Shown here piece after piece: positions 12,544 through 25,920 of a DNA stretch of 64,000 nucleotides. Every line of letters begins with the position of its first letter. The stretch's first letter is position 1. A program made the position numbers and the translations under genes. A model generated the notes under the pieces. The model had not been told where the DNA came from and searched no databases. It saw only the letters and a list, made by a program, of their open reading frames with translations. Source of the stretch: Camelus ferus (taxonomy: Eukaryota); assembly GCF_009834535.1 (NCBI RefSeq), contig NC_045707.1:60018001-60082000 (forward strand). Reading direction: 5' to 3'.

Positions 12544-12677
12544 TTTAATTTAAATGCTTATAAATTTAAATGTTTATAAAGCATTTAAATTAAATGCTTA
12601 TAAATCTGATTATTAATGCTTTTGTAGGATTTTTTAGTAAATACTATCCCTTACTATTTTTTAGTAAATACTATCCC
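12544..12677. repeat. AT-rich inverted repeat plus adjacent 22-bp direct repeat
   Basis: Arms 12544-12564 and 12573-12594 are reverse complements apart from a 1-nt indel. ATTTTTTAGTAAATACTATCCC occurs at 12629-12650 and 12656-12677. Confidence 0.9.
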
Positions 12678-14089
12678 CTAATTTTACTATGAGAAACCTA
12701 AAATTTCCATTGAGTTCATTTACTCAAAATAGACAATAACCAATACCGATTATTGTAAGTAAGCAAAGCGGATTTTTAAATCTTCACCATCTCTAATGTT
12801 GAAATGCATCCATCTAAAACGAAACACATACTCTAAATATGATGCCTATCTTTCCTGCTTGCATTAAGTAATGAATACACATGGGTGCCCCATTTAAAAA
12901 ACAGACCATAGTTCACTGCAAAGTGCACTCCAGTTATATTGGCAAAGGCTGGGGAACCACCTGAGTTACTGAGCAAATCTGTACATCAGTATACAGAGAT
13001 ACTCTTGTGCTTTATAAGTTCTATCTAAGGATAAGAGCCTTTAAAAAAATCAATAGGTTTCCTAATTGATCCACTAGAAGTTTCATTTTGACAGTGAGGA
13101 GTAGTCACAAAGAGTACCTGGTTGATTTAATTCAGCACTTGACAGCAGTGGGCCGTGATTCAGATGTGGTTAGAAAGAAATCCATTGAGATTTAGAGTTG
13201 GATTTTAGAGACTATTTGATTTCTAAAGCAGCAAACTTGACAGCTAATTGATAACTTGGAATTGTAGATGAGTTACAAAGTCACGCCAATTTCCCTGGAG
13301 TTCAAAAAAGAGCCCTTACAAATCCCAGTCCTCATAATGGATCTGAATAAATACATTCCAAAAATATCAGGATATGAGAACCAAGTCCTTTAAGTCAGTG
13401 TAGATCTAATGGGGGGAAGGTAGTTTTCCTCGCCTATGAGATCAATTTTTAAAATATGCAACTAATGGTCTATGGGCTTTTAGAAGGTAATGTTTAATGG
13501 CTTTCTATAGTGCTTGGTTCAATGTTATCACATTTGCTAAAGCCAGAAGAATGCTTTTATAATACCTCAATATCAAAAATTAAGAAAGATCTAACAGCCT
13601 AAAAGAGCTTAGCGAGGGAGAGAGCAAGTCACAGTGTTCTTCTCATATAAAGTTATTTTAGATAAAAATATCCCAAACTCCCTTTTCAGCCAAAGGAACA
13701 TACAACCTTTAAGTCTAAATTGGCTACATATTAGTGTATGACCTTTGACAAAGGGCCATATCAACCCATTTGAGACCACCTATATTCAATATAGGGTTCA
13801 GGAAACCTGGTGAAAATAAGGAATAATCTGTCTGTAATTCAACCTGTCTCCTCTAGACATAGATTATTATTTTTTCCAGGAGAAAAACTCTTTAAGGAAA
13901 AAGGTTTCTGTTGAAGAATGGAGTCCAACAATAATGGAAATAAACCCAATGCAAAGGCTAGAATTTGTCTAAATAAAATAAGCAGTGGCATTTCCAGACT
14001 GCTTGTGAAATTCCAAATATTTTCATAGTTCATGGAAGTGAAGGACTGTTACTTAGAAAAGCTACAAATAAACGCTAACACGAATATGG

Positions 14090-14245
14090 CTGTTACCACA
14101 TACCCGGGTCTTTTCTAACTTATTTGTATCTATTATTTATATCTATTTCATTCTCTCAACCACAGGTAGGTACAATTACAACCTCCAAGGTCACATAGCT
14201 AATAAGTGGCAGAAGCAGGACTAGCCCATGCTCTTAGCCTCCACT
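14090..14245 (-). mobile_element. MIR SINE fragment
   Basis: CCAAGGTCACATAGCTAATAAGTGGCAGAAGCAGGA is the reverse complement of the MIR core. Confidence 0.7.
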
Positions 14246-16099
14246 GACAAGCAACTACATAGCCATAAGGGATGAAGAGTCCAATCCTTTCTAACTACGA
14301 AAAGACAAGCAATCACAAACAAAAGGTTTACATCCAAACAACAGATGCAAATGGGAATCCCATTTATCAGTTCTCCAGATTAAATCTAAGGTAACAGTTA
14401 CACCTTTTCCCCTATGGAACAGTTGGAAAGTATAATTGATCAATCAGGTATTTAGTGATTACCTAGTAAGTGTCCAGTACTACTAGGTGTGGGGAATGAA
14501 AAATAAGTCAAAGGCAAGTTATGCGCCCCATGGGGCATTAACAAGGTTTATTCTAAATACCTTAGGCAATGCAAGAAAAAACAAGGCCAGAAACAATTAA
14601 GGAATAAGCTCATAGGTAATGAAATGCAAATAATTGCAGTATAAGCAGTAACTACCTGAAAAAAAAAAAAAACCTAGTTTCTGCTTTGGGAGAACACTGC
14701 AAAGTTGTCTACATTTACCTTGACCTCTCTGCAATTAACGTGCTCCCATACCAGGTACACTACGGTATCAAAAAAATCTCCTTGAACAAACATTCACAGT
14801 TCATCACAGAGAATTATGACCACAGGAATAAAAAGGAAAAGAACATTCTAAGTTTATTTCAAATGTGTATTAGTGCAAGATTTGAACTAATTTAATTGTG
14901 GTTATGTTCATGGCTTTCCTGGCTTTTCTCACCTCCTCCACCCAAAGGGTGCATGTGAGGAGTGTGAAGGACAGTAAGTGTAATTTTAATGAGCTCCTCA
15001 TTTCTATAAGGAGTCTGTCTACAAGGAGCTGGAGGAGGAGGAGAAAACAGTGCTCCTATTTTTTTTTTCTATTATGCAGACAGCTTAGATTTTGCTATAG
15101 AAGAATCAGAGAAAAATTAACTTCTGCCTGAAATGTTTTACTTCCCCCATTGAATGCACAAGCCAGAAAACTTCCACTTAATTTCTATTTCTATCTTATT
15201 TAACAGCACCCCATCTCTCGTCTTCTGAGACCAGAGAAAAACAGATTCATGGACTCCTCCCACGCAAAGGAAATGGCAAATTTAGAGTTCCTAGGCAGAG
15301 AAAGCTACAGTGCATCACTATGGCCCAAGATGTGATACAGTACGCTGGGAGTTTGCATAAATGTGTAATGACTGTTGTCGGCCCTCAGGAGGTAGAGCTA
15401 ATTGGATATCCTTCTCAGTGACTAAACATCTAAAATCCAAAATTCTGTAAGAAAATGCAATCACCAACTCCAGCTGTACTGCATGAAGAAGCCGACCTGT
15501 TGTAAACTTCAGGCAGTGATTACCATTAAAAAGTGAGCACTGCAATATTTTATCGTTAACTCTTTTTAGACCTACTCACGCTCATGATTGACACCAACTC
15601 TTTATGCTAGCATGGAACAACTAACCTAACAGTGCTCCAGAATGTGTGCTGTATGAAAACTTTTACAGTCATTCTTCATTTATTTATCTAAACAACTAGA
15701 AAATATTTCGCCATTGAATGTTACTGCTGAAAAGCTAATTATGGAAGGAAAAAGGAGGCTCGATCCATTTCTGTAGTTAGTATTCAGACTACTTGCACAG
15801 GTGAGCTCTCCTTGAATGTGATGGATGGGAACGCTTTCACAGTCAAAAACCTTGACCTCTGTGTGAAGATGCTCCAACTTCATCATGAACAATTGGGGCT
15901 GGCTATATGCAAGCTCCTTAAGGACGGCAGAGACTGTTTCCCTCAAGAGTTTCCAGGAAGATGAGTTCGAAAATAAATTACTATCCATTCCATGGATACT
16001 TGCGGTGGTGTTTACATTTTTTTTCTGGTATTGAAGAATCAAGGATGGGCTCAATGAGAAAGATGTGAATGATAAAGTCTAGCACACACACCCTTTGAA

Positions 16100-16310
16100 C
16101 ACGTGAGTGCCTGGCACTGTTCTAAGCAGGTTCCACCCATTAACTCGGGTTCACTTCACCACAACTGTATGAGATGCTATTATTATCCTTACTGTATAAA
16201 GAAACTGAGGCATATAAAACTAGCAGCAAAGAAGTGGCCCAGACAAGATTCAATCCCAGGCCATGTGGGTCCAAACTCTGTGAACTCCCCCCACATGCCT
16301 CTTAACTGCA
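16100..16310 (-). mobile_element. MIR SINE
   Basis: GCCTGGCACTGTTCTAAGC...TATTATTATCC...GAAACTGAGGC...GATTCAATCCCAGG. Confidence 0.8.
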
Positions 16311-17559
16311 CCCTAAACGCTGGCCCAATACCACCTAATGTCTGTCAGTTGAAAAATCGCATGAGAACGTACTTCAGGACATTTTCAACTTCTTTATAAC
16401 TACGGTTATTCAGCATTGACTTCTCAACATCTCTGCCAAAAACATATCTTCCATAGGCTACTCAGTAACATTTCTACAGTAAAGCCAAAGCTTAAACAGG
16501 TACCAAAGAAAGTATTTTTATAATTTTACAGCATAATCAAAGGAATGAATTTTTCAGCAATTCCTTATGTATCGGACTTGCAGCAGTGAAACACACGAGC
16601 CATATTAACATCTGTATAGTCTTACCTCCTCCCAACGTGTGGTAACATATTCAGCGGACCACTGTATCAAATACTTGGTGATGAAAACAATAAATTCTGT
16701 TGAAGATTCAATTTTTACATAAAAACCAAAGCACATGTCAAGAACAATGCAATGGTAAACATCTCGTTTGTGTTTATGAATTTTAATGCTGTATTTACAT
16801 TCTACTCAGCTACTTTGATGACAAACAAGGTCCACCAGGAACACTTCCTCAATGGAATTTAAGAATTAAGTATCCAACTTCAACTCTTAGAATTCTAGCA
16901 CCCTTTTATTGTTGTTGTTGTTGTTTTTAATAGAGCCCATGACCCAGCAATGTTGAATGGATTAACTGGTCATGATAACAACTGGCTCATCCCATTATAT
17001 GCAAAAAAGTTACCATGAACACAACTTTCTAACCACAAGGACCAAATACCACACACAGTATTTAAAGATACATTGTCTCAAGGAAGTTTAGTAAATGAAA
17101 AATAAGACAAGAAATGCTGTATTTTGAATAGAATATGAACAGCAACAGAGACTTCAGGAAACTAATTTGGAAACTCATTAGATCAGTGACCACTCAGTGC
17201 AAGAAAAGGAACTTAGGTGGCTGGTGAGTGCACAACTTGACCAAATGTATCCAAGCTTGAGTTTTGTTTGTTTTTTTTTTAAACCATGTTTCATGTAAAC
17301 TTAACACCTCCATAGACTGAGTGTAGCCCACATGTGGGTCAGTTCCTAACTCCTGCTTTAAATCCTAGTCTCATCTCATAGTTTCCCACCAGGGACCTCA
17401 CATTTGTTACTTTCCCCCTCAGACCTTGTATTTGTAAAGAATTTGTTCCAGTTTCAGCCCAAACTAAAGGACATTTTAAATAGTTTACACAATCGTAACA
17501 ATGATAATTATGTTACCATTGAGTTTTAAAAGATTAAACATAATTTACACACTCCATTA

Positions 17560-17790
17560 GAGAGTGGTTAAATGCAGGCTCTGGGACCAGAACGATCTTG
17601 ATACGAATCTCGTTTCAGACACAATCACATACCAGTTAGATGTATGACCTTGGATAAGTTTCTTAACTTCTATGCATCTCAGTTTCTTTATCTGTAAAAA
17701 GGGGAAAGGGGGGTTAATAGCAGCACCTGCCTCATAGGACCATTGGGAGGATCAAATTACTACTTGACAAACCCAGCACCTAGTGAGTCT
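17560..17790 (+). mobile_element. MIR SINE
   Basis: AGTGGTTAA...GGCTCTGG...TGACCTTGGATAAGTTTCTTAACTTCTATGCATCTCAGTTTCTTTATCTGTAAAA...CCTCATAGG. Confidence 0.85.
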
Positions 17791-18354
17791 TCCACAAAGA
17801 CGAACTACCACAACTACTATTTGAACACAAGTGATTCCTAAGGATTGATCACAGATAAAAATCAATATATTGATGTCTTCTTTTAAAGAAAAAAAAGTTC
17901 CCAAACAAGAAATTGGATTAAAATATTGTCTATTAGTTTAATATGAAACAAAGTGCTTCAGTGGAACTGTGTATTAACGATGGGCAATCCCTTGAAAGGG
18001 GGATTCGTTTTCATTTATGATGAACAGGCTAATCAGTGTTTTGATACAATCTTGATAGATGTGTCTTACATTGACATTGAGCTTCAATCCTCTATTTGCA
18101 GTTTTCACTGTTTCTTATTATTGCATTATGGCAACATACACTTACAAAGTGTTACTTCACATCTTTAGCACATTTATTTCTGCCTCCACCTGTAACAGCC
18201 TTGAGTGTCATCTCCTGTGATGTAACATAGGCAGCTTCTCCTCTTTCATTTCACTGCTGTACCCATACAACCAGGCTTAGATCACTGCTATTTCCCTTCT
18301 CAAAACCAGTGTGATCTAACAGATGGGATATCTGTGGGTCTGACTGACAGCTAA

Positions 18355-18590
18355 CGTCTAGCTTGCTGAGCAATCAGTAAGCACAAGGCCTGGCAGTAAA
18401 CACTTCCCATGCACTAAGTCTTACAAAAGTTCTGTAAGGTAGACGTGATCATTACCTAAATTATACGAAGAGAGAAATTGCAACAGAGAGGGACATAACC
18501 TGACAAAGGCCACACAGCTAGAAAGTGGCAAGGCTCACATTCAGATACAGGCAACTTGTTCCAGAGCCTGAGCTCTCCCCTAGGATATGC
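18355..18590 (-). mobile_element. MIR SINE
   Basis: TAACCTGACAAAGGCCACACAGCTAGAAAGTGGCA...TCCAGAGCCTGAGCTCT. Confidence 0.75.
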
Positions 18591-18885
18591 AGTACTTCCT
18601 ACTTGCCCTGTGTGAATCTGGTTGGGAGTAATATCTAAGCTCTATGTCTGAAATTTCTGATCTTGTACCAATACTCCAATACCTAACTCACAGTCTGTGA
18701 CAAAGTCTAAATAATATAAGTGAACTGTGTGGTATAATGGTTAATACAGTGTTGCCATTAAATAATACTTAAAATCTTTTCTCTTCCTCTATTTTCTAAT
18801 GATGGGGCTAAGTTATACGTGAAGTTCACCCTGCAGAATACTTCCTAGATACTGTGCATAAACCATCAAACAAAAATGCCATTTT

Positions 18886-19629
18886 ATGCTGGAGATGGTG
18901 TGGGAAAAAGGGAACCCTCCTACACTGTTGGCTGGGATGTAAATTGGTACAGCCACTATGGAAAACAGTATGGAGGTTCCTTAAAAAACTAGAAAGAGTT
19001 ACCATATGATCCAGTAATTCAAACACCTGGGCATACAGCTGGAAAAGACAGAAACTAATTCAAAAAGATAAGTGCACCCCAATGTTCACAGCAGCACTAT
19101 TTACTATAGCCAAGACATGGAAACAACCTAAATGTCTGTCAACAGATGACTATGTGGTACAGATATACAACGGACTATTACTCAGTCATAAAAAAGAATA
19201 AAATATTGCCATTCACAGCAACATGGATAGTCCTAGAGATTATCCTACTGAGTAAGTCAGAAAAAAACAAATATATATCACTTATATGTGGAATCCAAAA
19301 AGCAATACAAACAATTCTATACACAAAACAGAAACAGACTCACAGACAGAAAACAAATTTATGGTTACCAAAAGGGAAAAGGAGTGGGAAGGCATAAATT
19401 AGGAGTATGGGATTAACAGATACAAACTGCTATATAGAAAATAGATAAACAAAGATTTACTGTATAGCACAGAGAACTCTATTCAGTATCTCATAATAAC
19501 CTATAAAAATAATCCAAATATATATACTTTCAATTATTTTTTATTATATATATTATACATTTAACTGAATCATTTTGCTGTCTACCTGAGCATAACACAT
19601 TATCATAAATCAACTATCCTTCAATTTTT
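18886..19629 (+). mobile_element. 5'-truncated L1 (ORF2 end plus 3'UTR) with 14-bp TSD
   Basis: ATGCTGGAGATGGTGTGGGAAAAGGGAACCCTCCTACACTGTTGG...ACAGCCACTATGGAAAACAGTATGGAGGTTCC runs into a cetartiodactyl 3'UTR. AAAAATGCCATTTT flanks it at 18872-18885 and 19630-19643. Confidence 0.95.
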
Positions 19630-19649
19630 AAAAATGCCATTTTGAAAAA

Positions 19650-20125
19650 TGTGCTTACTGCATTGTTTATAATTGCCAAGGTATGGATGCAACCTAAGTG
19701 TCCATCAACAAATTAACAGATAAAGAAAACATGGTACACACACACACACACAATGGAATACTACTCAGCCATAGAAAAAGAATGAAATTTTGCCACTTGC
19801 AGCAACATGGATGGACTTGGAAGGCATTACACTAAGTGAAATAGTTAGACAGAGAGACAAATAATATAGGACACCACTTATATGTGGAATCTACAAAATA
19901 CAATAAACTGGTGAATATAACCAAAAAAAGCAAACTCACAGATAAAGAGAGCAAACTAGTGGTTATTAGTAAGGAAGAGGGAGGGGCTTTGTAGGGGTAG
20001 GGGAGTGAGAGGAACAAACCATTGAGTATAAAATAGGCCACAAGGATGTACTGTACAACACAGAGAAAACAGACAGTATTTTCTAATAACTATAAATGGA
20101 TATAACCTTAAAAAATTATATAACA
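19650..20125 (+). mobile_element. L1 3' end (L1MA-like, older subfamily)
   Basis: GCAACCTAAGTGTCCATCAAC...ATGGAATACTACTCAGCCAT...GCAACATGGATGGACTTGG...CACTTATATGTGGAATCT...ATAACTATAAATGGA. Confidence 0.9.
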
Positions 20126-20139
20126 TTTTAAATAAAATT

Positions 20140-20198
20140 TTTATACAATTATTCAATTATACAATTATTCAATTTTTATACAATTATTCATTATTCAA
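20140..20198. repeat. Short tandem repeat of TATACAATTATTCAA-like units
   Basis: Three near-complete copies plus a partial copy, at the junction of two L1s. Confidence 0.85.
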
Positions 20199-20199
20199 T

Positions 20200-21635
20200 G
20201 GGAAACATGTGCTACATTTTTCAGAAAATGGTGCTGGAACAACTGGACATTCACCAAAAAGAAGTATCCAGACATTAATTTACACCCATTACAAAAATCA
20301 CAAAAGTTCATTCAAAATGGACCACAGAGCAAAATGCAAAATATAAAACTCTAAAACTCCCAGAGGAAAACGTAAGAGAACATTAGATGATTTAGGGTTT
20401 GGTGAATGACTTTTTAGATACAACAACACAGGCATGATCCATGAAAGAAGGAATTGATAAGCTAGACCACAAATTATTCAAAAAATCAATTTTTTCCAAC
20501 AAAAGACACTGTCAAGACAATGAAAAAGACAAGACAGAGACAAGGAGAAAACATTTTCAAAATATCTGGTAAAAGCCTAACTATTAAAATTCAACAATAA
20601 TAAAATAAACAACCTAAAACTTTAAAATTGACCAAAGATCTTAACAGACACTTCACTAAAAAAGATATAAAAATAGCAAAGAAATATATGCAAAAAATGC
20701 TCCACATTATATGTCATCAGGGAAATGCAAATTAAAACACCCAGGAGATCCCACAACACACCTATTAGAATGGCCAGAATCCATAACACTGACAATACCA
20801 AATGCTGGTGAGGGTGTGGAGCAACAGGAACTCGCATCCACTGTTGGTGGGAATGTAAAATGGTATAGCTACTTTGGAAGAATTTCATGGTTTCTTACAA
20901 AACTAAACACGCCCTAAGCATATGGTCCAGCAATCACGCTCCTTGGTATTTACCAAAAGGAGTTAAAATTTATGTCCACACAAAAATCTGCACACAAATG
21001 TTTATAGCAGATTTATTTAAAACTGCCAAAAATTGGAAGCAACTAAGATGTCCTTCAGTAAGTGAATGGATAAACAAACTGTGGTACACCTAGACAATGC
21101 TTTTTTGACAGTATGGAAAGAAATGAGCTGTCAAGCCATGAAAAGACATGGAGGAAACAAAAATCCTAATACTAAGTGAAAGAAGCCAGTCTGAATAGGC
21201 TACATGTTGCCTGATTCCAACTACATGACAGTCTGGAAAAGGCAAAACTATATAAAGACAGTAAAAAGATCAGCGGTTGCAAGGGACTAGAGGGTGAGGG
21301 GGGAATAACAGGAGCACAGAGCATTTTCAGGGCAGTGAAACTCCTCTTTTTGATATCATAACAGCGGATACATGTCATTATAAACTTGTCCAAACCCACA
21401 GAATGTACACCACCAAGCCTGAATCTGATGTAAACTATGGACTTTAGGCGATAATGATGTGTCTATGTAGATTCATCACTTGTCATAAATGTATCCCTCT
21501 GATGGGGGATATTGATAAGGGGATGGATGTGGCTAAATGCCTGTGGGTTCAGGAGATATTTAGAAAGTCTCTGTACCTTCTCAATTTTGTTGTGAACCTA
21601 AAACTTCTCTAAAAAATAAAGTCTGTTTTTAAAAT
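20200..21635 (+). mobile_element. L1 3' ~1.4 kb (L1MC1-like)
   Basis: Decayed ORF2 C-terminus (AAATGGTGCTGGAACAACTGGACAT...GGGAAATGCAAATTAAAAC...AATGCTGGTGAGG) followed by an L1MC-type 3'UTR (GAATGTACACCACCAAG...TGTAAACTATGGACTTT...TGTGAACCTAAAACT...AATAAA). Confidence 0.9.
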
Positions 21636-21989
21636 AAACAGGTATACATATATATATAGTAATGTAAATTCCTCAAGAGCAAGGATATGATCTTTTGTGC
21701 CTAGTACACTGTAAACACTCAGTAAATACTGATGATAAAAGGCAGTGAGTCTCGATGGGAAAGGTGAGTAACTGTAAATCTCAGAACAAAAAAGGCAGCT
21801 GTTATATTCACATACATGTATACCTACACGTATACATATATGCATGCATATGTATATATCCATTTTTATATATTCACATATTTTTTTGACTAACATAACA
21901 AAATAGATTGATGAAGGGCCCCTTGCCTCTAGTGACTGTGGGAAACAACTGAAGACATTAGAAGAGGCTTTGGTGGATTGGATTTGTTT

Positions 21990-22272
21990 TCCTACACGTT
22001 CCCTCCGTGACAACCTCTGTGATGTCCCTCCCTGCAGGAAGGTTTGCCAGTTTAACTCAGCCATAGCTACATGACTTGATTTGGTCAGTGAACAGCAGGC
22101 AGAAGTGATACCCACTTCTGGCTTTGAGAACCAGTACACTGTGCATTAACTCCTCTCTGACACGAGACCAGCAACGTTCTACTGCCTTTTCTCAATAGAG
22201 AAACATTTATTTTTGCAAGGTGCTAAGACGTGGGGGTTGTTAATGCAGCATATCCCAGCCTGTGTTGACATG
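21990..22272 (+). mobile_element. Degenerate MaLR LTR (MLT1J-like)
   Basis: CATGACTTGATTTGGTCAGTGAA...GCAGAAGTGA...CACTTCTGG...GGGGGTTGTTAATGCAGCATA...AGCCT. Confidence 0.6.
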
Positions 22273-25200
22273 GGTATGCCATTAGAGCTTAAAGTTTGGA
22301 GGTTAATATATATATATTTTCCACATGGTTCTGCTATCTTTTTCCCCAATTTACACACATGATCTACAACCAGAACACTGCAGCAGAGAAGTATGAGTCC
22401 CTCAGTCTTTTTCTTTGCCCTTAAGACATTTTTTACATTTAATCTTCCTAGGTTTTATTAATGTTACTTACGGGGAGAGGGGAAAGTAAAAGAAAAAATA
22501 AACCATATTCAAGCTTTCACGCCTAAAATCTTGAAAGCTTCCAAATATTTAGGCCCTGTGTTTTGTTTAAAATGATAATCAAAACTTAAAATTATAAGAT
22601 CCATGAAATTATTCTAAGTATTTTAAATAAGTACTTAACATTCACCACATGTACATCAGGAGGCCTTGACATGAAATCAGAAGTCATGGGTATGGACTTT
22701 GGTCCTGCTCTATAGCAGCTACATTTTGAGATGCCAGTCCTACCCACATCCTTTATCTGGAAACTTAGCACCCTGTGAAAGTGCAGCCACGTTTGCGAAA
22801 GTGAATGGTTTATCTTTATACCAAGTGACTTCAGACAACCAGCTCCCAGGCTGCAAGGCCAGGTCTAAATGGACTTCATCTCCAAGCCATCAGTATCTAT
22901 GAGACTGAATTACACCATATCTCCTATGATAGACTGAGAGGACTTTTAAAAGAAAATGGCAAGAAAAAAATCTTGATTAAACATGTGCACTTGAAGTGAA
23001 TTACTCTCTGTGCCTGAGTCTCCTGAGCTGTAGAATGGATTAAAACATCCTTGCTTGATTGTTCGGATATCAAATAATGTGAAGATGGGCAACTATATGG
23101 CAGTGATTGATCTGAAAAGAAATTTCAGAGGAGCAGTTCAAATCATCCCTGAAGTAAACATTCTTCTTAATTTTCAGGCAAGGAAATTTACTAGGAATCA
23201 AATTTCCACTGTAAGAACCATACCTACTGTATTTATCTTAAATTTGTCAAATTTTATGAGAGTATTTAACTTATAATGCATTAAAACTTCCCATGCAGTT
23301 AATAGAAATACAGTATTTTAAAATGTAGGATACAGGCTTAAAAGCATAATTTTAGTATTTTAGACAATAGTAAATTTTAACTGAAACTTAATGTTATAAC
23401 CATTAATTGTTTGATACAACTATCTGGTCCTTGTTTAGAAACTCAACATCCTTTGAAAGAATCGTTTCTTTGGAAAAGTATAATGTGCTTTAAGTTTTCT
23501 GGAAATGCTTACAGAAAAAACCTAGAACTGATAGGAACCCACACTTGGGGGAGGACGGAGGAGTACACTGGGCCTAAGCATACCTTTTAGGTGCCAGGGG
23601 ATTTTTATTTTCCTTCCTGTACACAGCCCAGAGAATGTTTACTGGGTGAACCATCACCCTGGTTACTTAATCTCTCAAACATCATGTTTAGTAAGAACCA
23701 TCCTTCTGCAGGAGGTGTTTTCTTTAAAGGAAAACATTGACATTTCTCCCCAAAATGACTTGAAGAAACTTAGCGAGTATTTCCAGCAAGCGTATTTTAA
23801 TACACTAGATAAATTCTAACTAACTTATGGTTCAGCTTCCAAAAGCAAGACTGGAATATTAACCGCTCACTAAACATGCACCTCATTTTAGAGACAATCC
23901 TATTCCCTGATACTCTTTTTTCAGGACCCCAAAAGTTATACCCAACTGTCTACCATGTTCTGAACTGCCTTGTTAGAGACAATTTTCAACATTATTTTAC
24001 TATCCTAGATCACCTTTTTGTGGATCCAAATTTGTAGAGTTATGGTTGGCTCCATGAGGCCATTTTTAATAAAATATTTTAATCTTACAAACATTTTTAA
24101 GTTATCTCTTTCTTCTATGAGCCTGAAAATTGCTTGATAATGTAATAATTGCTTGGATGTCTCCTCCCGAAAAGACACTTAATACAGCGGCATCAGCATG
24201 GTAAGTGTAATGACCAAGCAGTGATGGTTCCAGCTTGAGCTTGATGTATTTCAGTCTCAGCTACAGGGACAGACAGAAAGCATTTACAGCTACTCTTGGC
24301 GCCATTTGTTATATCTTAAATGTTATTTACCGCACAGTTTCTCAGTTTCCTTTCCTCCTTAAAATGCTCAATTCATTGGAATTTTCTCAGGAGTCAGCTT
24401 ACGAGAATTTAACCAGCACAGTAGTGATCAAGTGGAACAAATGAAGTAAATGGGATCATTCAGAACAAACAAGAAAAATCTTGGACTCTGAGTCCAAAAA
24501 TAAGTTATCACACAGATAAAAGTCTGCATTAAACATGCAACATGAATGGCTTCCTATTTCAATAAACACCTCAGAAAGTTACTCTACTTGCAAATATAGC
24601 AAGCAGTTATCTCTCTCAATAGACTATTATTAAATCAAAATAAAATTATCTGTGCCATTTCTGAGGCATTTGAAGTTCTAAAGCAGGGATTATCAAAATA
24701 AGGTCAATGAATCATTGATGGTCTATTGATATCTACCAGGTGGTGTTTAGAGAGACATGTTGAACTATTCATGTTTTGAATGTATTAACGAGAGCATTAA
24801 CTTATTATAATTGCTGCTGATGAGGCATTAAGAAAGAACACTGTCCATCACTTATAGTAGTAACCTAAAGATCTCTCTTGCCTTTGTCTCATCTCAATTA
24901 CAAGCATGACTTGACACCCTGGTTCTTTTGTCTGGAGTATGGAATGTTAAAAACTTTAAACAAATCAAATATCAAAATGTACTTCAAAAAAAAGAAAAGT
25001 ACCCTTCAATGGAAAGATAGTCTCACTTAGGTCATAAAGAATAAGCAAAGATTTGATCCTTCTGGCCAATAAGGAAGACTTGTTCTGCTGAAGAAGACAT
25101 AGCAAGTTATGGGAAAGCAATTATATTCCACAGAGAAGAGTGAAGAACTTCACTTCCAGCATTCCACAGAGCAGTGCAGTAGCAAAATATAGAGAACAGC

Positions 25201-25325
25201 AGGAAAGATACTAAACCAAGAGTTATTGTTGACCAGTGTCTAAACTTTCATCAATTTCAGGAAGAGAAACTAAGAACATTCTGGAATGAGTCTATTAGTT
25301 TTAACAAGACGTAACTGACTTAAAG

Positions 25326-25533
25326 CAGGGCTGTCCAATAGAGCTTTCTGTGGTGTTGGAAAGGATCTACTCTCCTCTGCTGAATAGGTAGTCATTCATC
25401 CAGGAGGCTCCTGAGAATCTGAAATGTGGCTAGTGCAATTGAGAACCTAAATTTTTAATTTTTAAAATTTTATTTAATTGTATTTAATTCCAGTAGCCAC
25501 ATGGGGCTAGTGGCTACCATATCAGACAGTGCA
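25326..25533. mobile_element. MER3 (hAT-Charlie) element
   Basis: GCTGTCCAATAGAGCTTTCTG...TGAAATGTGGCTAGTGC...AGCCACATGGGGCTAGTGGCTACCATATCAGACAGTGC. Confidence 0.85.
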
Positions 25534-25920
25534 AGTCTAAGAAGTGTCATGGAACATAGGATGACATGGTACAGAGAATGGGTGGGAAACACAAAGCAGG
25601 CGAATGAGGAGAAGAAAAGCATCAAGACCAGATGAATCCAAATGTGCCTGGGGATGGGGAGACACCAGTTCCTTAGGGAGAGGAAGGAGCTGACCATATG
25701 TCAGAATCACACTGTCTTTTTTTTTTGAATTTTCCAAGTATGTTTTCACATTTGAGCTGTTTAGCCTACTTCCTTACCGTTCCACACCAAACATAGGTTC
25801 AAATATTTTAGTGATGTTTATGAATAAGACAGAACGTAACATTTAGCACATCTATCGTATACTATTGGTAGTTAATAAATGTTGACTCTTTCCTTTTCAA
25901 TATTAAAGTTACTCTTTCAG

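Noticed and set aside
14652..14672. Minus-strand T-tract followed by CAG|GTAGTT, a possible second recursive site
   Set aside because: The donor match is poor and the tract is a simple mononucleotide run.
15680..16054. 124-aa minus-strand ORF in unique sequence
   Set aside because: It has a non-ATG start, no recognisable domain and no convincing flanking splice pair.
20140..20198. Short direct repeats here and at 12629-12677 as a CRISPR-like array
   Set aside because: The context is mammalian, the units are adjacent without unique spacers, and no cas genes are present.
21609..22139. 176-aa minus-strand ORF
   Set aside because: It runs through an MLT1 fragment, a TA-rich tract, an L2-like fragment and an L1 tail, so it is a composite of repeats.
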